Assembly: GCF_002105155.1 (NCBI RefSeq)
Contig: NW_019029006.1
Coordinates: 62,001-126,000, forward strand
Source of the DNA: Lobosporangium transversale
Taxonomy: Eukaryota
Length of the DNA: 64,000 bases
Direction of reading: 5' to 3'
The position numbers were made by a program, and so were the translations under genes. Below are positions 50,332-64,000 of this stretch, in pieces (the stretch's first letter is position 1; every line of letters starts with the position of its first letter). The notes below the pieces were generated by a model, which did no database searches, had not been told where the DNA came from, and was given only the letters and a program-made list of their open reading frames with translations.

Positions 50332-53114
50332 ATGTCTCCTTCGAATACAGACTTAGATCAGCAACGACAAGAATTATCCTTGTCGTCTCACCCGTCAGAT
50401 CACTCTTCAAACGAATCTTCAATGTCAATCAAGGAGCAAGGAAAGGTCAATAGTAATGATCTTGATCAGAGTCAACAACAACAAGCAGATAAACTTGCGC
50501 CACCAAAGCTGTATCCCTCAGGTGAAAATATGCTTTTCCAGAACAACAATGGGACTGAAGGATCAGCCCCAAATAAAGAAGATTTGGTCAATGTCTCTGC
50601 CTCATTATTGTCAGACTCTGTTCTAATCCCTACAGCTTCACATCAAACTAATGGAATCGACAGCAATTCAAAAGCGTATTATGCTGTCAGCACCGCCGAG
50701 TTGACAACTATGTCTGGAAGTAATAGCAGTAGTTGTAATAGTAGAGCAGAGCCTTATTTGAGCAGAGAGCAAAACCAGCACCAACAATATCAAGACCAAC
50801 ATAATGAAGGCAAGGACAACGCAAAAATAAGAACGCTCAAAAGCACCACAAAAGAGGAGTTTTTGATTCGGGAAAACAACCTTGACCAGCTCCACAATCG
50901 ATACCCTCAGCAATCTAGAGAGGATCCCCACTTTTACCTTCATTCCAACGACCTTAGAGGAAATATCAATGTTCCCTCATCGTCTCCGCCATCATCGACC
51001 AATTTTAATCATAAAGGCGGAGAAAGACATAGGCATGAGCAGATCCTTCATGATCGAGACGAAAGTTCTGAGGACAATGGCCAAGAAGGTCGCAATCTCA
51101 TGGATGGAGATCAAAGCATGGATCATGGTCATTATCGTGAAAATTACTCCTCAACATTGTCAGATGAAAAGTACAAGAGACTCAAGAGGAAACTGAGGGA
51201 AGTCTTGGAGGTAAACATATACATACATTTTTAAAACCTCAGTAGCGTCGTAACCTTTGAAATGATCCTTAATGCTTTAATCGATAGGATGGGTTATTGA
51301 CATGAGATGCTTTTGTGGTTTCAATAAATCCTAGGAAAACGAGCGAATGAGTAAGGAGCTGGATAAGTCTCAAAGACGCGTTCGAAATTTGCGGCGAGAG
51401 AAACTGTAAGCATTTGATTTTTAACATGGCAACGGACTCTGCCTCGTCCTCTAAACTTGCTAATTTTCTTTTCGGCTCATCTTTTTTCGTCACTCAGTCT
51501 TTTGTTAGATCGCCTTTGTCTATTTGAGAGAAAAGATTCGGGCTCAGGATCAGACTCGCTCTCATCACTCAGCAGTGACAGTGAAGAATATGAATCTTCA
51601 ACCCAGGAGGATATACCTCCAGAGCCTGTGAAATTATCTATACCAGCAGGAAAGCAAAACAAGGCGAAGAGCAATTCAAAACTGACTCCAAATCCAAACG
51701 CAACGCCAACGCCTGGGACCACTCCTCAGCATCCTAAAAAGTCTGCTACTGCCAAGAACACTCCAGGTGCATCTACAGGAGGTCGAGCAGGTTCAGCCAA
51801 GGAAACAAAGAGTCACTCGTCTGTTTCAACACCTTCTACAATCACCAATGTTGGATCTGCAACTCAGAAGCCTAAACGCATCCATCAAATTAATAAACTC
51901 AGGCCAGGACTTGGTAAAGTTCGTCGGGTGCAAGCAGTAGAAAAGGATGAGAATGGGAATGTTAAACTGCCTGTCACTGTTGGCATCATTACGATCCAAA
52001 GCCTCGGTCACGTAGTGTACGATCGCGAGGCTTTTCACAATGATCGATACATTTGGCCCGTTGGTTACAAGATGTCACGCTCTTACAACAGTATGATTGA
52101 TCCGAACAATCAGACAACTTACACTTGTAGCGTCATTGATGATGGAGAGGCACCTAAGGTGAGTTGTTTAGTGATAGCTTTATAAAATGTAGCTTTTTTT
52201 ATTTTTAACTTTTACAAACGGTATTCATAATATATCCTTTCTAGTTCCAAATTGACGCTGAAGATCAGCCAGGCAAACCGATTATCGCTGGAAGCGCTAC
52301 AGGAGCATGGACACATGTCGTCAAAGCCGCGAATGCGATTCGTAAACGTGACCACTCTAACTCAGCCTCCGGACCTGATTATTATGGTTTCTCAAACGCC
52401 ACTATTGCCAAGATGATCCAAGATTTGCCAAACGTAGATAAATGCGAGAGCTATATCATGCAGCGATTTGAAGAACCTGCTTCGACAAGATCGTCTGGTA
52501 ACAAAGCATCGACAGCAGCAATAACTAAAGGTCCAAATGATCATGAAACGAATCATCATAAGCATGGAGGTATTCATGACGGTGATAATGATGACGACAA
52601 TGACGACGCATATACATCATTGGGAACCCCAGGGAGAAAGAAGGCCCGAATTTCGTCACCCAAGATTCGACATGCAGGGCTCGATTACCCAGCCTCAGTT
52701 CTAGAACAGAAGCGAGATGATCAGACTGAGCAAGATGAATTAATAGAGGATGTTGATGACGGGGACGAAACTCAATCCGAGCATGAGCAAGAGGAGAGAA
52801 GAAGACCGTTGACATCACCCAAACCCAATTGGTCTGTTTCTATACACTCTACAACCATACCCTGTAACGTGAACCAACACTCCGCGCCATCTGTGGTGAC
52901 AACAGCAGGAGAATCCATTGTGGATATTGAAGGAGACGGAGAAGGACAGGTAGATTCAAATTTTGAATCAGATGTTATTGTCGATGTTGATGGTGATGTA
53001 TCGATGCATGACTCTGCTTCGCCGCTACCTGGAGAAGTGGTCAAAGCAGAAATGGGTGGTAGCTATAAAGAAGGATCAGAGCATGTTGCAACCATAGAGT
53101 CTTCAGAGTTATAG
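50332..53114 (+). CDS. TBRG1-like protein with an INO80E-like coiled coil and FYRN/FYRC domains, multi-exon
   Basis: KYKRLKRKL..EENE..RVRNLRREK.LLLDRL coiled coil; FYRN LPVTVG.ITIQSLGHV..FHNDRYIWPVGYKMSRSY; FYRC SATGAW..SGPDYYGFS..IAKMIQDLPNVDKC. Confidence 0.85.
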
Positions 53115-53151
53115 AGCTTTAATAATACCAAAAAAAAAAAAAAAAAAAAAA

Positions 53152-53188
53152 AATTGATTGAATTGAATTGAATTGAATTGAATTGAAT
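53152..53188. repeat. (ATTGA)n pentanucleotide microsatellite
   Basis: Tandem AATTG/ATTGA units right after a poly(A) run, between two convergent genes. Confidence 0.9.
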
Positions 53189-53221
53189 TTGACAGCTTCA
53201 TCGCTGTTGATTAATATAAAT

Positions 53222-55130
53222 CTATGGCTCAATGCTGAACTTGTAGATTGATTTTTGGCGGTAAATTTGATCATGATGTAGGATAACCATGTTTGCCCAG
53301 TCAGGATGATGAATGGCATCGGGATATCGAATGGGTTCAAGACAAAGCCCCGAGAATTTGCTCATCTCAGCAACAATTGAAACAGACTTGACCGGATTCC
53401 TGCTATAACTGTCTTGATCCTCGCTGTTGTTTATGTTTGAACCCGAAGATCGTTGTTGTGATGTGGCAGTTGGCGAACTAAAAAAAGTTGTTGAAGACGA
53501 GTCAAGCAAATCGAAAGACTGGGATTTGGTACGTGGAAGGAGAGAGCTATCTAGATATCCTGCTGAATAGAGGACGAGCGCAGGCTCCGAAGTAAAGAGA
53601 TCGAGACGAATGCCTGTCCTGGATGAAGTGAGAGTAGCAACATGAGGTGTGGATGGGAGATAGCCTTGGATCCCAATTTTGTTGTATCTGGCGATAATAG
53701 ACCCATCTAAAGTTGATATTGAAGAAGAGGGAGAAGAGAATAAAGATGATGGCGGGCCATCATCGCCAAGAGCATAGACATGATCATATCCATATCCACC
53801 TTGAATGCCATTTAACCCAGGCTCTAATTTCTTTTGGCCCGCTTTTGCTATGTTCATTGAAAAAATTAAAAGGCTATCACGGTCGTTTGCCTCTTGAAGA
53901 TGAATGATCTTGCCAGTTGGGACTGGATGTGGGTCACCAAGTTCTATGACGTTTGAGGTATTAAGCCATAATGTATGATCCTTGACTGAGAGGCGGTTCG
54001 TGATGGTTGGAGTGATGGTAGTGCGAGTATGAGCTTGAGAGGAATTGTTTGGATTTCCTATTGTCGTTGTGGCTGCATCTGCGTCTATGACCATAGCTGA
54101 TGGAAGAAGGCCTTGAGCTTGATCTTCCACAGGGTTCAGAACACCATCCAAATTCCAATATGTGTGGTTTGTTAAATTGACAATGGTACTGTGCAAATCC
54201 AAGTCATTGCTATTGTCCGATCCTTTTTTTTGCAACTGAGCCCGATATTCAATAATTAATTCGCCAGAGCTGTTCAACTGGTACTTGACATCAGTGACCA
54301 ATCGTCCTGGATAGCCGTTTTGACCATGTGGAGAGATCAACTGCAAAGTAACAGAAACAGCTAATACTCCATCACTATCCTTTTCCTCATCCTCATTCTT
54401 GACACTGATGGTTGCCCAGTGTTGCTTATCAAATCCTAAGGGGCCACCGTGATGACAATCCTTACCGTTAGACACTTTTAAAGTGTGGGTTGATATATCT
54501 GTAGAGGGAAATGTGGAAAATGTGGAAGTTTTTTGAGGAATAGCACTGCTGCCGCTGCCGCTGTTCCTCTCTGAGACCACAGACCCATCTGCAAGTGGTG
54601 CATTTACTGCCGCTGTTTCTGCCGCTGTTTCTACCGCAACTTCAGCCTCGCGTGTGCGCTCATAGCTATTTTGGAGGTTGAAAGATGCATGTGCGATTCT
54701 GGAAAACGTAAAAGGTAAGGTCGTTTAGTTCAAGCACATGCCACCCATCGTCTGTTCCATTTAGCGACGCCGCGCTCTTTCCTCTAGACCCATTTATACT
54801 CTCTCCGACGACAAAAAATAAATTAAATTAAACTAACCGACTGGCAGTACGTCCGATAATGGCTCCAAAGTAAGGATTCAATGCACCAGGTTCTGATTGC
54901 GCGAGATAGTCCTGCCAATGGTCAAATCCAAGAACTACATCTTGAGGCTGGTTCCAACGGTCCGGGACTATGAAATGGGTAAGCGTGGCACCATAGGTCA
55001 AGATGGTGGCTGAGAGGGCTCTGGTTTTGTTGCTGTCGTTATTGAAATCGTTATCTTTGAGTGAAATAGAAAGGACATGCTGTTGAACCAACACTGGGTT
55101 TGTGGACAATGTAATTGTCTTGACTGGCAT
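53222..55130 (-). CDS. Aldose 1-epimerase (galactose mutarotase), 2 exons
   Basis: ILTYGATL..VPDR..DVVLGFD, YFGAIIGRTA.R, HHGG..GFD, GYPG.L, VNLTNHTYWNL, GYDH and GLCLEP motifs. Confidence 0.9.
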
Positions 55131-55988
55131 CGTTTGCAGATCTGATGAGATGATCGATGGAGAATAAATCAAATAAAATCCTTACACAGCAGGTCCTGTA
55201 ACGCTATCTAACATTGTAGTTACACAGCCTTTCTAGGATAAATTAGCCTGTGTATTTGTAGATTTAGGCAGTACCCTTCCACTCGAACGTTTTAGGGGTT
55301 TGTCACTCCAAAGACAATGGCTTTGTACTAATAGACAAATATAGATGGTTCTTGTTTATATATTTCTCCGCGTCCAATAAACATTTGTATACATTTGTAT
55401 TTATTCTTTTTGGGTATAATGATATTTTTACATGAATACCGAGCTGTTGACACACTGGATATAAACATTAGTCCAGTAGAGATCCGAAAGAAAACCTTCT
55501 TTGTGTTCTTTTTTTTATTTTTACTTTTTCATCATGAGGAGTGGAGTGGATCAATGTTTTTCTCGTTTGACTGATTGACTGACTGTCCTTGAGAAAGCCA
55601 ACAAAGCCCTGTTAGACAACATTTCGATCATTTTGAAAATGAAGTGATCTGCTTCCAGAAGTCTGAGTTCTGAGTGAAAATGATCAAAGTGACATGGTAT
55701 CCCGCATGGGGCAAGCATTTCAACGTTTTATCCTGGTTGGGATATCTAAGCAGAATAGGGGACAGATTGGGACAGAATCCTTTCCCATTCCATTAAGTTC
55801 AAAAGAAATATGCTTTGTCTGCCAGCTTGAGTTTCTGCTCTTTTTTTTATTCCCATCCTCCTTTTGCCAATCTGAAGCCTAGACTAAATGGGTTGGATCC
55901 AAAGAACAATTTATTTGAGTAATCAAACTCTTCCTCTCTCCTTTCATCTCTCTTTCCTTTGTTCTCAACGACCCCTCTTTCTTTCCTC

Positions 55989-56052
55989 TCTCACCTCCTC
56001 ACTTCCTCTCTTCTCACTTCCTCACTTCCTCACTTCCTCACTTCCTCACTTC
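55989..56052. repeat. (CTCACTTC)n tandem repeat upstream of the Frizzled-like gene
   Basis: Several tandem CTCACTTC units in a pyrimidine-rich tract. Confidence 0.8.
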
Positions 56053-56265
56053 CTCTCCTTTCGCCCTTCCTATCTCACCAAGACATCGGTGCCATATACT
56101 TTAATCATATCATACTCTTTTCCCCTACCTACTCATACATACCCCGCATCAATCCTCATTCACAATCCATTGATCTCCATTAACCTCTCTCACCTTTCTT
56201 AGGGAGAGTCTTGTTAATATACTTATTCCACCGCCATTCATCAGTATCCTCCTCTAAAAACAAAA

Positions 56266-56686
56266 ATGATTCGGGTTTTCTCCAAGATTGCCACGATGGC
56301 AAGCTTGGCCCTCGTTCTGATGAAATCCACTACCGAGGCTCTTGGGTCTTGTAAGTTCTCTTTACCTTTATTTCTATCCAACCTGATGAAGATTCCTTCC
56401 AATGTTACAATATCCCTTCACCTTTTGTTATTTTATGCCCTTGGTAACTTTCGCACGTCTGTTTTTTCTTCTTTTGGTGCACCAAAGATATAAAAATTAT
56501 CCGCAAATGGAAGCCGTTTGGACACAAAGGAGGAAAGAGCAATGAACACACATGCATGTGTATTTGTTTTTCCTTTGTTCCACGGGAAATGAGCTGATTC
56601 TTGTTGTCATTTTCATATGAGATGAATGCCCTGCAGGAGCCCTTTTTCCATACTACCACTTTCCCACTTTCCACTTTTGCTCTTTC

Positions 56687-56717
<31 letters not shown>

Positions 56718-58757
56718 CCTCCACATGCCAAACAAGTAAAGTGTAAAGAGTAGAGACTATCTCTCTGCCCTCATTTTAGAGGGAAAAAAATTTGAAGACC
56801 CTGTGGACATATTTCTGGACGGACGACGGCAAAAGAGTTTCCTTTTTTTTTCAAAGTTCCTTTACTCATTCGGATTACTTTTTTTTATGTTGAAATGCAT
56901 TTAGCCGCACCTTACACGGGGACTCTCTGCAAGAACTATGTCAATTATGAAGTTTGGCTCCCTCCCAATCACACTGTTGAATCGATCGAGAATGAAATTA
57001 CTGCCATGGGCATACCTCAAGCCTCCGCTCTGTCACAAATTAACGAAGATTGCTATGAATCATTCATGGAATATGTCTGTTCTACGGCGTTCCCGCGGGT
57101 CGAACCCATTGTTGGACAAAGTAAATTTGGTGTTCATTTTTTGTTGGCTAACATGTCATATTCGGTTCTACCTATATTTACTAATTATTTTTTTTTTTAT
57201 TATGAATAATAGACAATGTGTTCAATGTCAGGTTTGCATGTACTTCAACTTGTCAGACGGCAGTGACAAAATGCTCTCAACTCTTCACAGTCTTTCATAA
57301 CGAAACCTTGATTCCTAAGTGTGACTCTCCCATTCCGGGCTCTTCAGTCTATCAACCCCCAAACGGTGTCGCATTTCAACCGGACGGTGCCTGCAATGTT
57401 GTTCATCCTTTAGAAAAAGGATCTGGACCTACAAATAGGACTGACTTGATCACGACATGTGACCCACCTTTTATTGTCGATCCAATGACGGGTCCAGGCG
57501 GTTCGACCGCAAACCAGATGTACTGTATGCATGGATGCTGTCTTCCATGCCCAGCTCAGTACCATCTTTACAGGGAAGGAGCATTGGAGACTGGATTTAA
57601 GATTACAAACACGATCCGTGCAGTGTCCATGGTCTTGGCATTCCTCTTGATGATGACCTACCTTTGTCTGGATGATAAACGATCCCATCCAAGTGCCTTG
57701 ATCTTGTTCTTCTCCATCGGTGTCTTCTTGTTCTCGGTCGTCATCCTTTTCCCTTTGTTCGATACTCATGGCATGCAATGTGCTGATGCAATCAATCCTA
57801 GTACCCAACAAAACAATCTCAGATGTGCTATTCAAGGTAAGGAAACAATGTCAATAATAAAACAGTGACATGAAGGGAAAAAAGTAAAATAAATAAGTTT
57901 CTTTATTTCTTATTGCTGCTGTTTTGACAGATTAACTAATATTTTATACTTTAATCTGGCACATAGGAGCGATATTGATCTTTGCTTCGGTTGCTACCTG
58001 TGCTTGGTGTACGGCCTTGATTTTGAACTTGCATTTGCATACAGTTTGGAACTCTGCCTGGTTTGCTCGGAAATACTGGCTCTTGCATATTGTCTGCTGG
58101 GGATTTGCCATTGCTGTCACTGTTGTAGCGCTCGTCTTGGGAGAAGTCAAATGGGAATATGCAACTCTGTGCTTAGTTTCCCAGGATAGAGCTTCAGAGA
58201 TCTTCTTCTACCCTCTGGCCGTCATGATCTTCCCTGCATTCTTGGTTCATGTCTTGACCTTTATTCATATTGCTCGAATCACCATCTTGTCTGGTGAAGA
58301 CTCTGAAACCATGTCCCGATCTACATTATCGGCTGGTGCAGCTGCTATGATCTCCCATCGTCGTCATGTCATAATGGCGATCCGTATCCAATGGAGAGCA
58401 GCCTTAATGGCCATTTGTGCTATCGTCAGTGTGATGCTATATTGGCTCTTTTATTTTATTCAGCTTCGAAAGATCAATCCCTTGGCTTTGCAGAGCCATG
58501 TTCTTGAATTTGTGTTTTGTCTCCGGACGGGTAATCCACATGATTCCTGTGCAGATGTATTGGCGCCTCACTTGCCTCCTTATGGTCTCATGATTGCTGC
58601 AGAATCTGTCGTTTCCTCAGTCGGAACCGTCATCTTCATTGTCTTCTTCAAGCCGGCTCTTGTTATAGAATGGGGTGAAAAGTTTTCGTCTTTGGGGTAC
58701 TTGCTCTCAGGGAAGGGCAAACAAAAGAAAGAGCAAGAACAGTTCTTCGTCATTTAA
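56266..58757 (+). CDS. Frizzled/Smoothened-like 7TM receptor with an N-terminal Cys-rich domain, 4 exons
   Basis: Signal peptide; CRD-like C..FMEYVCSTAFP and ACTSTCQTAVTKC; linker CCLPCP; TM region with HPSALILFFS (cf. Frizzled YPERPIIFLS), CAIQG..IFASVA..AW and LHIVCWG; seven hydrophobic segments. Confidence 0.8.
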
Positions 58758-58901
58758 AGCATAATTATACATATATATACTTAAATACTTCATACAATAA
58801 TAATTTTTTTAAAAAAAATTCATGTGTAAAAAGCATTAATAAACTCTTTGCTAGAGCGAATGAATATAATATGTGCACACGTATGTTTTTATTATTATTA
58901 T

Positions 58902-61900
58902 TTAAAGGTATGCACTCCATCCGATATACATCTTTGAAAGGTTTTCTGCGTTTGTTGCCGTTTGAATCAACTCTTCCACCTGACCCTGTACAGATAGCAC
59001 ATATGCATTCAAACTTTCGGTTCCATTGAGCTTACGCTTGATCACTGCAAGAATCGTCTGTGCCTTTTCATTCTGTTGTAGGTCTGCTGCTGCTTCAGCC
59101 GCCGCAGCCGCAGCCGCAGCCGCATCTGCTTTAGCTTTTTGTTCGTTCCTAGTTCGAAGACGTGCACGCGTTTCTTCTGCAACACCCGGTACTGCTCCAT
59201 CTCCTCCTCCTAATCCATCATTCAAAGCTCCCGGTACAGCACCACCATCACCAGCCACATTCTGCCTAGGATCCAATTGAATTTGCTGGCCTCGACGTTT
59301 ACTCTTGGCCCACTCCACCAGCGGATCATGTAAAAAACCCTCAAGCACAGACACAAGGGACTCCATGTTGTCTCGAAAGACCGATAGCGTTTGCTCACAT
59401 GCTAAGCGGTACACCCCTTCATATCCTGCTAGCCCCATTGCATCTACCATGTTTTGAGTAAGTCTGAAGGGAACCCTTTCTGGCTTGGGGAAAGTTTTGC
59501 CTTGTTCAAACAGGCAGTTGAAATCTACGTGTACGATATCACCATTACGATGATCAAATAACAAGTTTTCTCCATGCCTATCACCAAGACTGATGAAGCG
59601 AAAATATATTAGGGTTCATTTGAAGAAGAACAAAAGTAATAAAAAAGATTGAAGCAAGGGACCATCAATTACCCCATGACATGTCCAGCCATTGACATGA
59701 CCGCAGTCGTTCTCGTGTATCGAAGTCTTGTCTCAAACCAAGCAGTAGGTTCTTTCGAGATATCCAAAAGCCATTGATGAAAAACTGGCGGGAATTTGGG
59801 AAGCAAATCCTTGACGAACATCCTTACATGATCCTCGTGATCTAAAATTCGTTTGATCTCAGGGAGCTATCATGTAAACATGCGTTATTGTACAGGTCAT
59901 GCAGGGTTAGGAAGGAAAAAAAAAAAAAAAAAAACTTGATAAACTACATTTGCTAACTCCCATATTGATACTTTTTAAAGCTCTTCTTACCGAGGGCATA
60001 GAAATGTTGTTCATTTTATATTGCTTTTGCATAATATGTCGGAATGGGATTGTATTGTGCACCCATTCAATAAGTCCACATTCTTCGTTCAAGGGAATCA
60101 CAGAATAAGTACGGATATCTAAATAACATGCAAATAAAAAAATCGTTTTTCAGCAAATGTGCAGCGGACTAAAACTAAAGGATAATGCTGCAATACAACC
60201 AAAGATATACATACATAGGTTTTTGCGGTTTGCTCCACGGTTGCGTTGGAGTAGCATGTTAACCAAACCGTTAAACTCCATCACCTTGGCATCCTTTCTC
60301 AAGTCATCCTTAGGCTTGCATAAGAATGTGTACCGTACTCCATCGCTACCAACAATTGTTATCTTTCGTGGCCGTTGCAGTGATGACATGACCTCAACCT
60401 CGTCCAAGAACCCTAATTATATTAAAATAAAACATCTCAATAATAGTAGCAAATAAGAAGCTATTTCAAAGAATAAAATGCTACCTACGATTAATTTTCG
60501 GTAGGTTGGATTTGAATGATTGATGCGATGCCATAGTGGCGCTCGATTCCGGGATTGAGGGCCACATTGTTGCCTGACACGGGACCGTCAAGTTGTAGTT
60601 CTCTCCCAGTTGCGTATAGACTTTCGGGAAATTCTTCTGTAGGCTCAGTTTGTCGACCTTGTCAGGCACTGCTGCCATACACAATGTAATCAGATTGTCA
60701 CAGAGATCCAAAGCTTCTTTGATCTGACCCATCACAGATGACCCGATTAACGGCTGAAATTGAATGCTATCTAATATTTTGTTACACACTCGTTTCCTTT
60801 CGTGTACGATAGAGCGTGATACTGACACCATTTGCCAAATAGCTTGATGAGGGAAAGCTAGAACTACATTCGCAATAATATGCTGAAGGACCGCAAAGGC
60901 ATCTGTGTTCTTGTGAAACATGCGGGAAATGATTTGTGGAAAAGCCGAAAGGAACTATTACAAAAATGAACAAAATGTCAGTGCTTGGTTATGCCTATCG
61001 AGCTTTACTGGCTATCATTATCACTAAATGGTTTTCATCTTACCATATACTCTGGAAGCATCCCTGACAGGTTTTGCATGAGTTTGTTGACATTCTGAAA
61101 CTCCGTAGCGGCACTCGCCTGCAATACAGGACTGGTTGCTGGTCGCCCTTGTGCTAACTGGCCTAGCTCCAACCAAAATGTCAAAAGCCTTGGTAGCGCC
61201 TGAAAGAGGTATTTGGGACCGAGAGTCAAAGCTTTACCATAAAGTCTGCAGGCGTTTGTCATATGTCTAGATAAATGAATCCAACTTGAATTTAGTCCTG
61301 ACCAAAAATAATTATCCACTAGACTGCTCCCAAAAGACTTACGTGAATGTTGGTATTCGATTCTTGTATCGCTTCGAATTTTCGTACAACTTTAGGAAAT
61401 ACTGACCAGCAAAGTAATAGCCTTTTTCCCAACGATCTGCCTCAACAGTTGCCTGTCGATACCCCTCCAGGATTTCATTTGGGCTAACCAAATTACCTCT
61501 GTCCATCCACCGTGTACGCAAGAGATGAGCTTTTGCCCGAATGTATCCTGTATCATTGGTATTGACAACATGGTCGTAGACACGCATAAGCTCTGTATTA
61601 AACGACGGTGCGCGATGCACGCTATTAGAAGCTTGTCTGAGCCGAGTAGAGGATAACGCCCTCGTCCCAGAGCTTTGTAAAGCGCTGGCCCCAGGCATTG
61701 TGCGACTGAGAGTCAAATCAATAGTTTTAATGGCTTGGCGCTCATTGTTGTGAATAAATTCGTATTTCGCTCGCTCAATTGTAGCGGATCGATTCTTCAG
61801 GCTCTCTGCATTGAGCATGGCAGCATAAGAGGCCTGACCATGACCATACTTGCGAGCCATCCGTGCAGACTGCAACCAAAGCTCTCCGCACGAAGCATTG

Positions 61901-64000
61901 AGGAATGACAGCTCCTCATGACTTATCGTATCCGGAATACTTGGCATGAGGCAAATATACACATATAAAAAAAAAATGAGACGAGTGAGGGTATGATTAA
62001 TGTTAATGGAATTAATATACTACTGCATATCAAACATTAAATGCAATGATCGCTTTTGTTACTGCGCAGATAACTCTTGTACCAGATGGTGTAAAATGCA
62101 ATGCGTCTAAGTGTAGACACTTGCTCGCGTAAGCGGAATGAAGGCGCCATAGATTCGAAGCGTACGTCAAGCGCGGGCTGATATTCACGCAAGCAATGTA
62201 CAAAGGAGCTATTGATTTGATGGGGCTCAAGCATGACGTGGTCTGTTGCTATCTCGAATCGTTCATTCGCAATCTTGAATGCCTCTTCTAGTTCATGTAG
62301 CATATGAAGCCGCACAATATGCTCATATGCACGCTGGTAGGATTCCATGCTAGCAGCTGCTAAAGGTGCAATCATCATGCTCCTGACATGCTGTAAGTTT
62401 TTTTCAAAATCAGACACTCGATTTTCGCGCATATCTAACAGCAACTGTCCAAGTCCAACGTCAAAACTCGCATGAACAGAACGAGAAAGTGCTGCTTCAA
62501 GTGAATCCCAATTTTGCACCTTCCATGCTGACGAAACCCGCCATTCTGTAAGTTGCTGCTCCCAATCTGGATTGTCTTTTATGTCGCCTTCCACGGTAGA
62601 TAACAGAGTGTCTATTTTCAAGGGGGAGAAGAGCGAGAGGCCATCATCAGTGTCACTGAAACTATTAGATAATCATTTAAATACACAGTGATTACGTTGA
62701 TAAAAAACTTACTATAGTGTCCAAGGTTCTCCAGGCACTTGTAAAGACCAGCATGATTCTCAAATTTCTCCGGTTCTTCTTGTATACCAAGCTCATAGTA
62801 CGATTGCGCTTCACTCCATCGCCCTGCACTTTCACATTGAAGTAGGTTTTGTGTTCGAGTGCCACTAGTAATCATGGTGGATATGCCCTCCATACCATCA
62901 GGCTCTTCCATATGTACATAAATTTCCTGATACTTCTCATACATCGTCTGGACATCAGATTCAATGATTCCACGATTCTGTCTTGTCTCGCGAACGTACT
63001 GTTCATAATGCAAGAGCGCCCGGGCATAGGCTTTTGCACGAAACGCTGCCATTGCAATTATATCATTTGAGATCGAGGTGAGCTGAGCCTGGACTACTTC
63101 AAGAGCCGCAATATCTTGTTGCCGCATTGAAAAGGGTTGGGGCACATCGGCTGTCGTGGTGTAGCGCATTACAGATGATTTTGCGCTTAGGTTCTTAGCA
63201 GTTTGGATCCACTTCACGATATGGTCGTAAAGAGCAAACACAGTCTGCAATGGCAATGGTAACAATAATAGAAAAGATCAGAAGTAAAATAGTGAATTTG
63301 AAGCACCAGTGGGCTATATGGCTTAAATGAAAAAAAAAAAAAAAAAAAAACAACTCCTTTACCTGTGATCCAAGCTGCCTAAGCTCTCCTGAATGTTGCT
63401 GAATGGCTCCATGGTTTTTATCCGCACCGTCCTGCCTCCAGCCATGACCATTTCCAAGTACGGTACCCATCTCACTAACAATCTCTTCCCTGTCTTTGTC
63501 GGAGCCATCGACTAGCACCGTAAGGACAAGGTGAGGTAGGATATACAAACAAGTGTTGGTGTCGTATGGAACAACATGCTTACATGCTTGGAAGATGTCC
63601 TTTGCATATCGGCTTGTCACCTTGCCAATTAGATCTAAAACCCATGTTGTGATCCAATCCTTGAATGTCTCCACTCGGGGATAGAGGGGACTTGGGTGTA
63701 TTCTCTGGTAGGTTGATTCTGCTTTGGTATACTTGGCATCGATGAGTAGCTCCAGGACTTCTTGGACATGACGTGGAAAAGCTCTCCATCGGTCTCCTGG
63801 CGATTTTGCAGACGGCTGTCTTGCTGCATGCCCATGTGGCCTTGAAGGCTCGGCATTTAAAGCCCCTTTGGTGATGCCACAAAAGGCCAGTAGCGTCTGC
63901 AAGGTGTATGCCCAATGGGCCTCGGAATGAATATCGCCGATGGAGCGCGTCTTGCCTACTAGCTGTACCTCGATCATCTCACACACAAAGTTTTTTGCAT
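58902..64000 (-). CDS. MEC1: ATR/Mec1/Rad3 PIKK kinase, 3' portion (FAT, kinase, FATC); the 5' end lies beyond the window
   Basis: AYARALLHYEQY, SLQRPRKI, LCKPKDDLRKD, PLNEECGLIEWV, LGDRHGENLL, HVDFNCLFEQG..PERVPFRLTQNM and the FATC LSKMYIGWSAYL. Confidence 0.95.

Noticed and set aside
49833..50453. 206-aa F/S/L-rich ORF and overlapping ORFs
   Set aside because: These are translations of poly(T) and CT-rich promoter/5' UTR sequence upstream of the TBRG1-like gene.

Overview
Gene-dense, intron-rich fungal DNA. Long poly(A)/poly(T) introns, the F-box/LRR gene style and a Frizzled-like GPCR suggest an early-diverging fungus, probably Mortierellaceae (inference). Host genes read from the translations: SLC25 carrier (partial), COG3/Sec34, F-box/LRR, NDUFAF4-like, an orphan gene, two zinc-finger factors, P5A-ATPase Spf1, Maf, a Mkk1-like MAPKK, a RhoGEF, a Cys-rich membrane protein, tubulin cofactor A, Mob2, a TBRG1-like FYR protein, aldose 1-epimerase, a Frizzled/Smoothened-like receptor and the 3' half of ATR/Mec1. 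The main finding is a repeated element family encoding one spliced protein of about 1,070 aa, with an N-terminal XPG/FEN1-type 5' nuclease fused to a C-terminal Fanzor/TnpB-like RuvC-zinc finger nuclease. The near-complete copy (43451..39967, minus strand) has 3 introns and 3 small lesions, and is followed by a run of hairpins that is a candidate omega-RNA. A second decayed copy with both halves (45958..49267, plus strand) is interrupted by a TCGAA-rich repeat, a Tc1/mariner-type MITE and a solo LTR. Two more Fanzor C-terminal remnants lie at about 27.4-28.6 kb and 38.4-38.9 kb. No transposase gene was seen in the window. All assignments come from reading motifs by eye; no searches were run.
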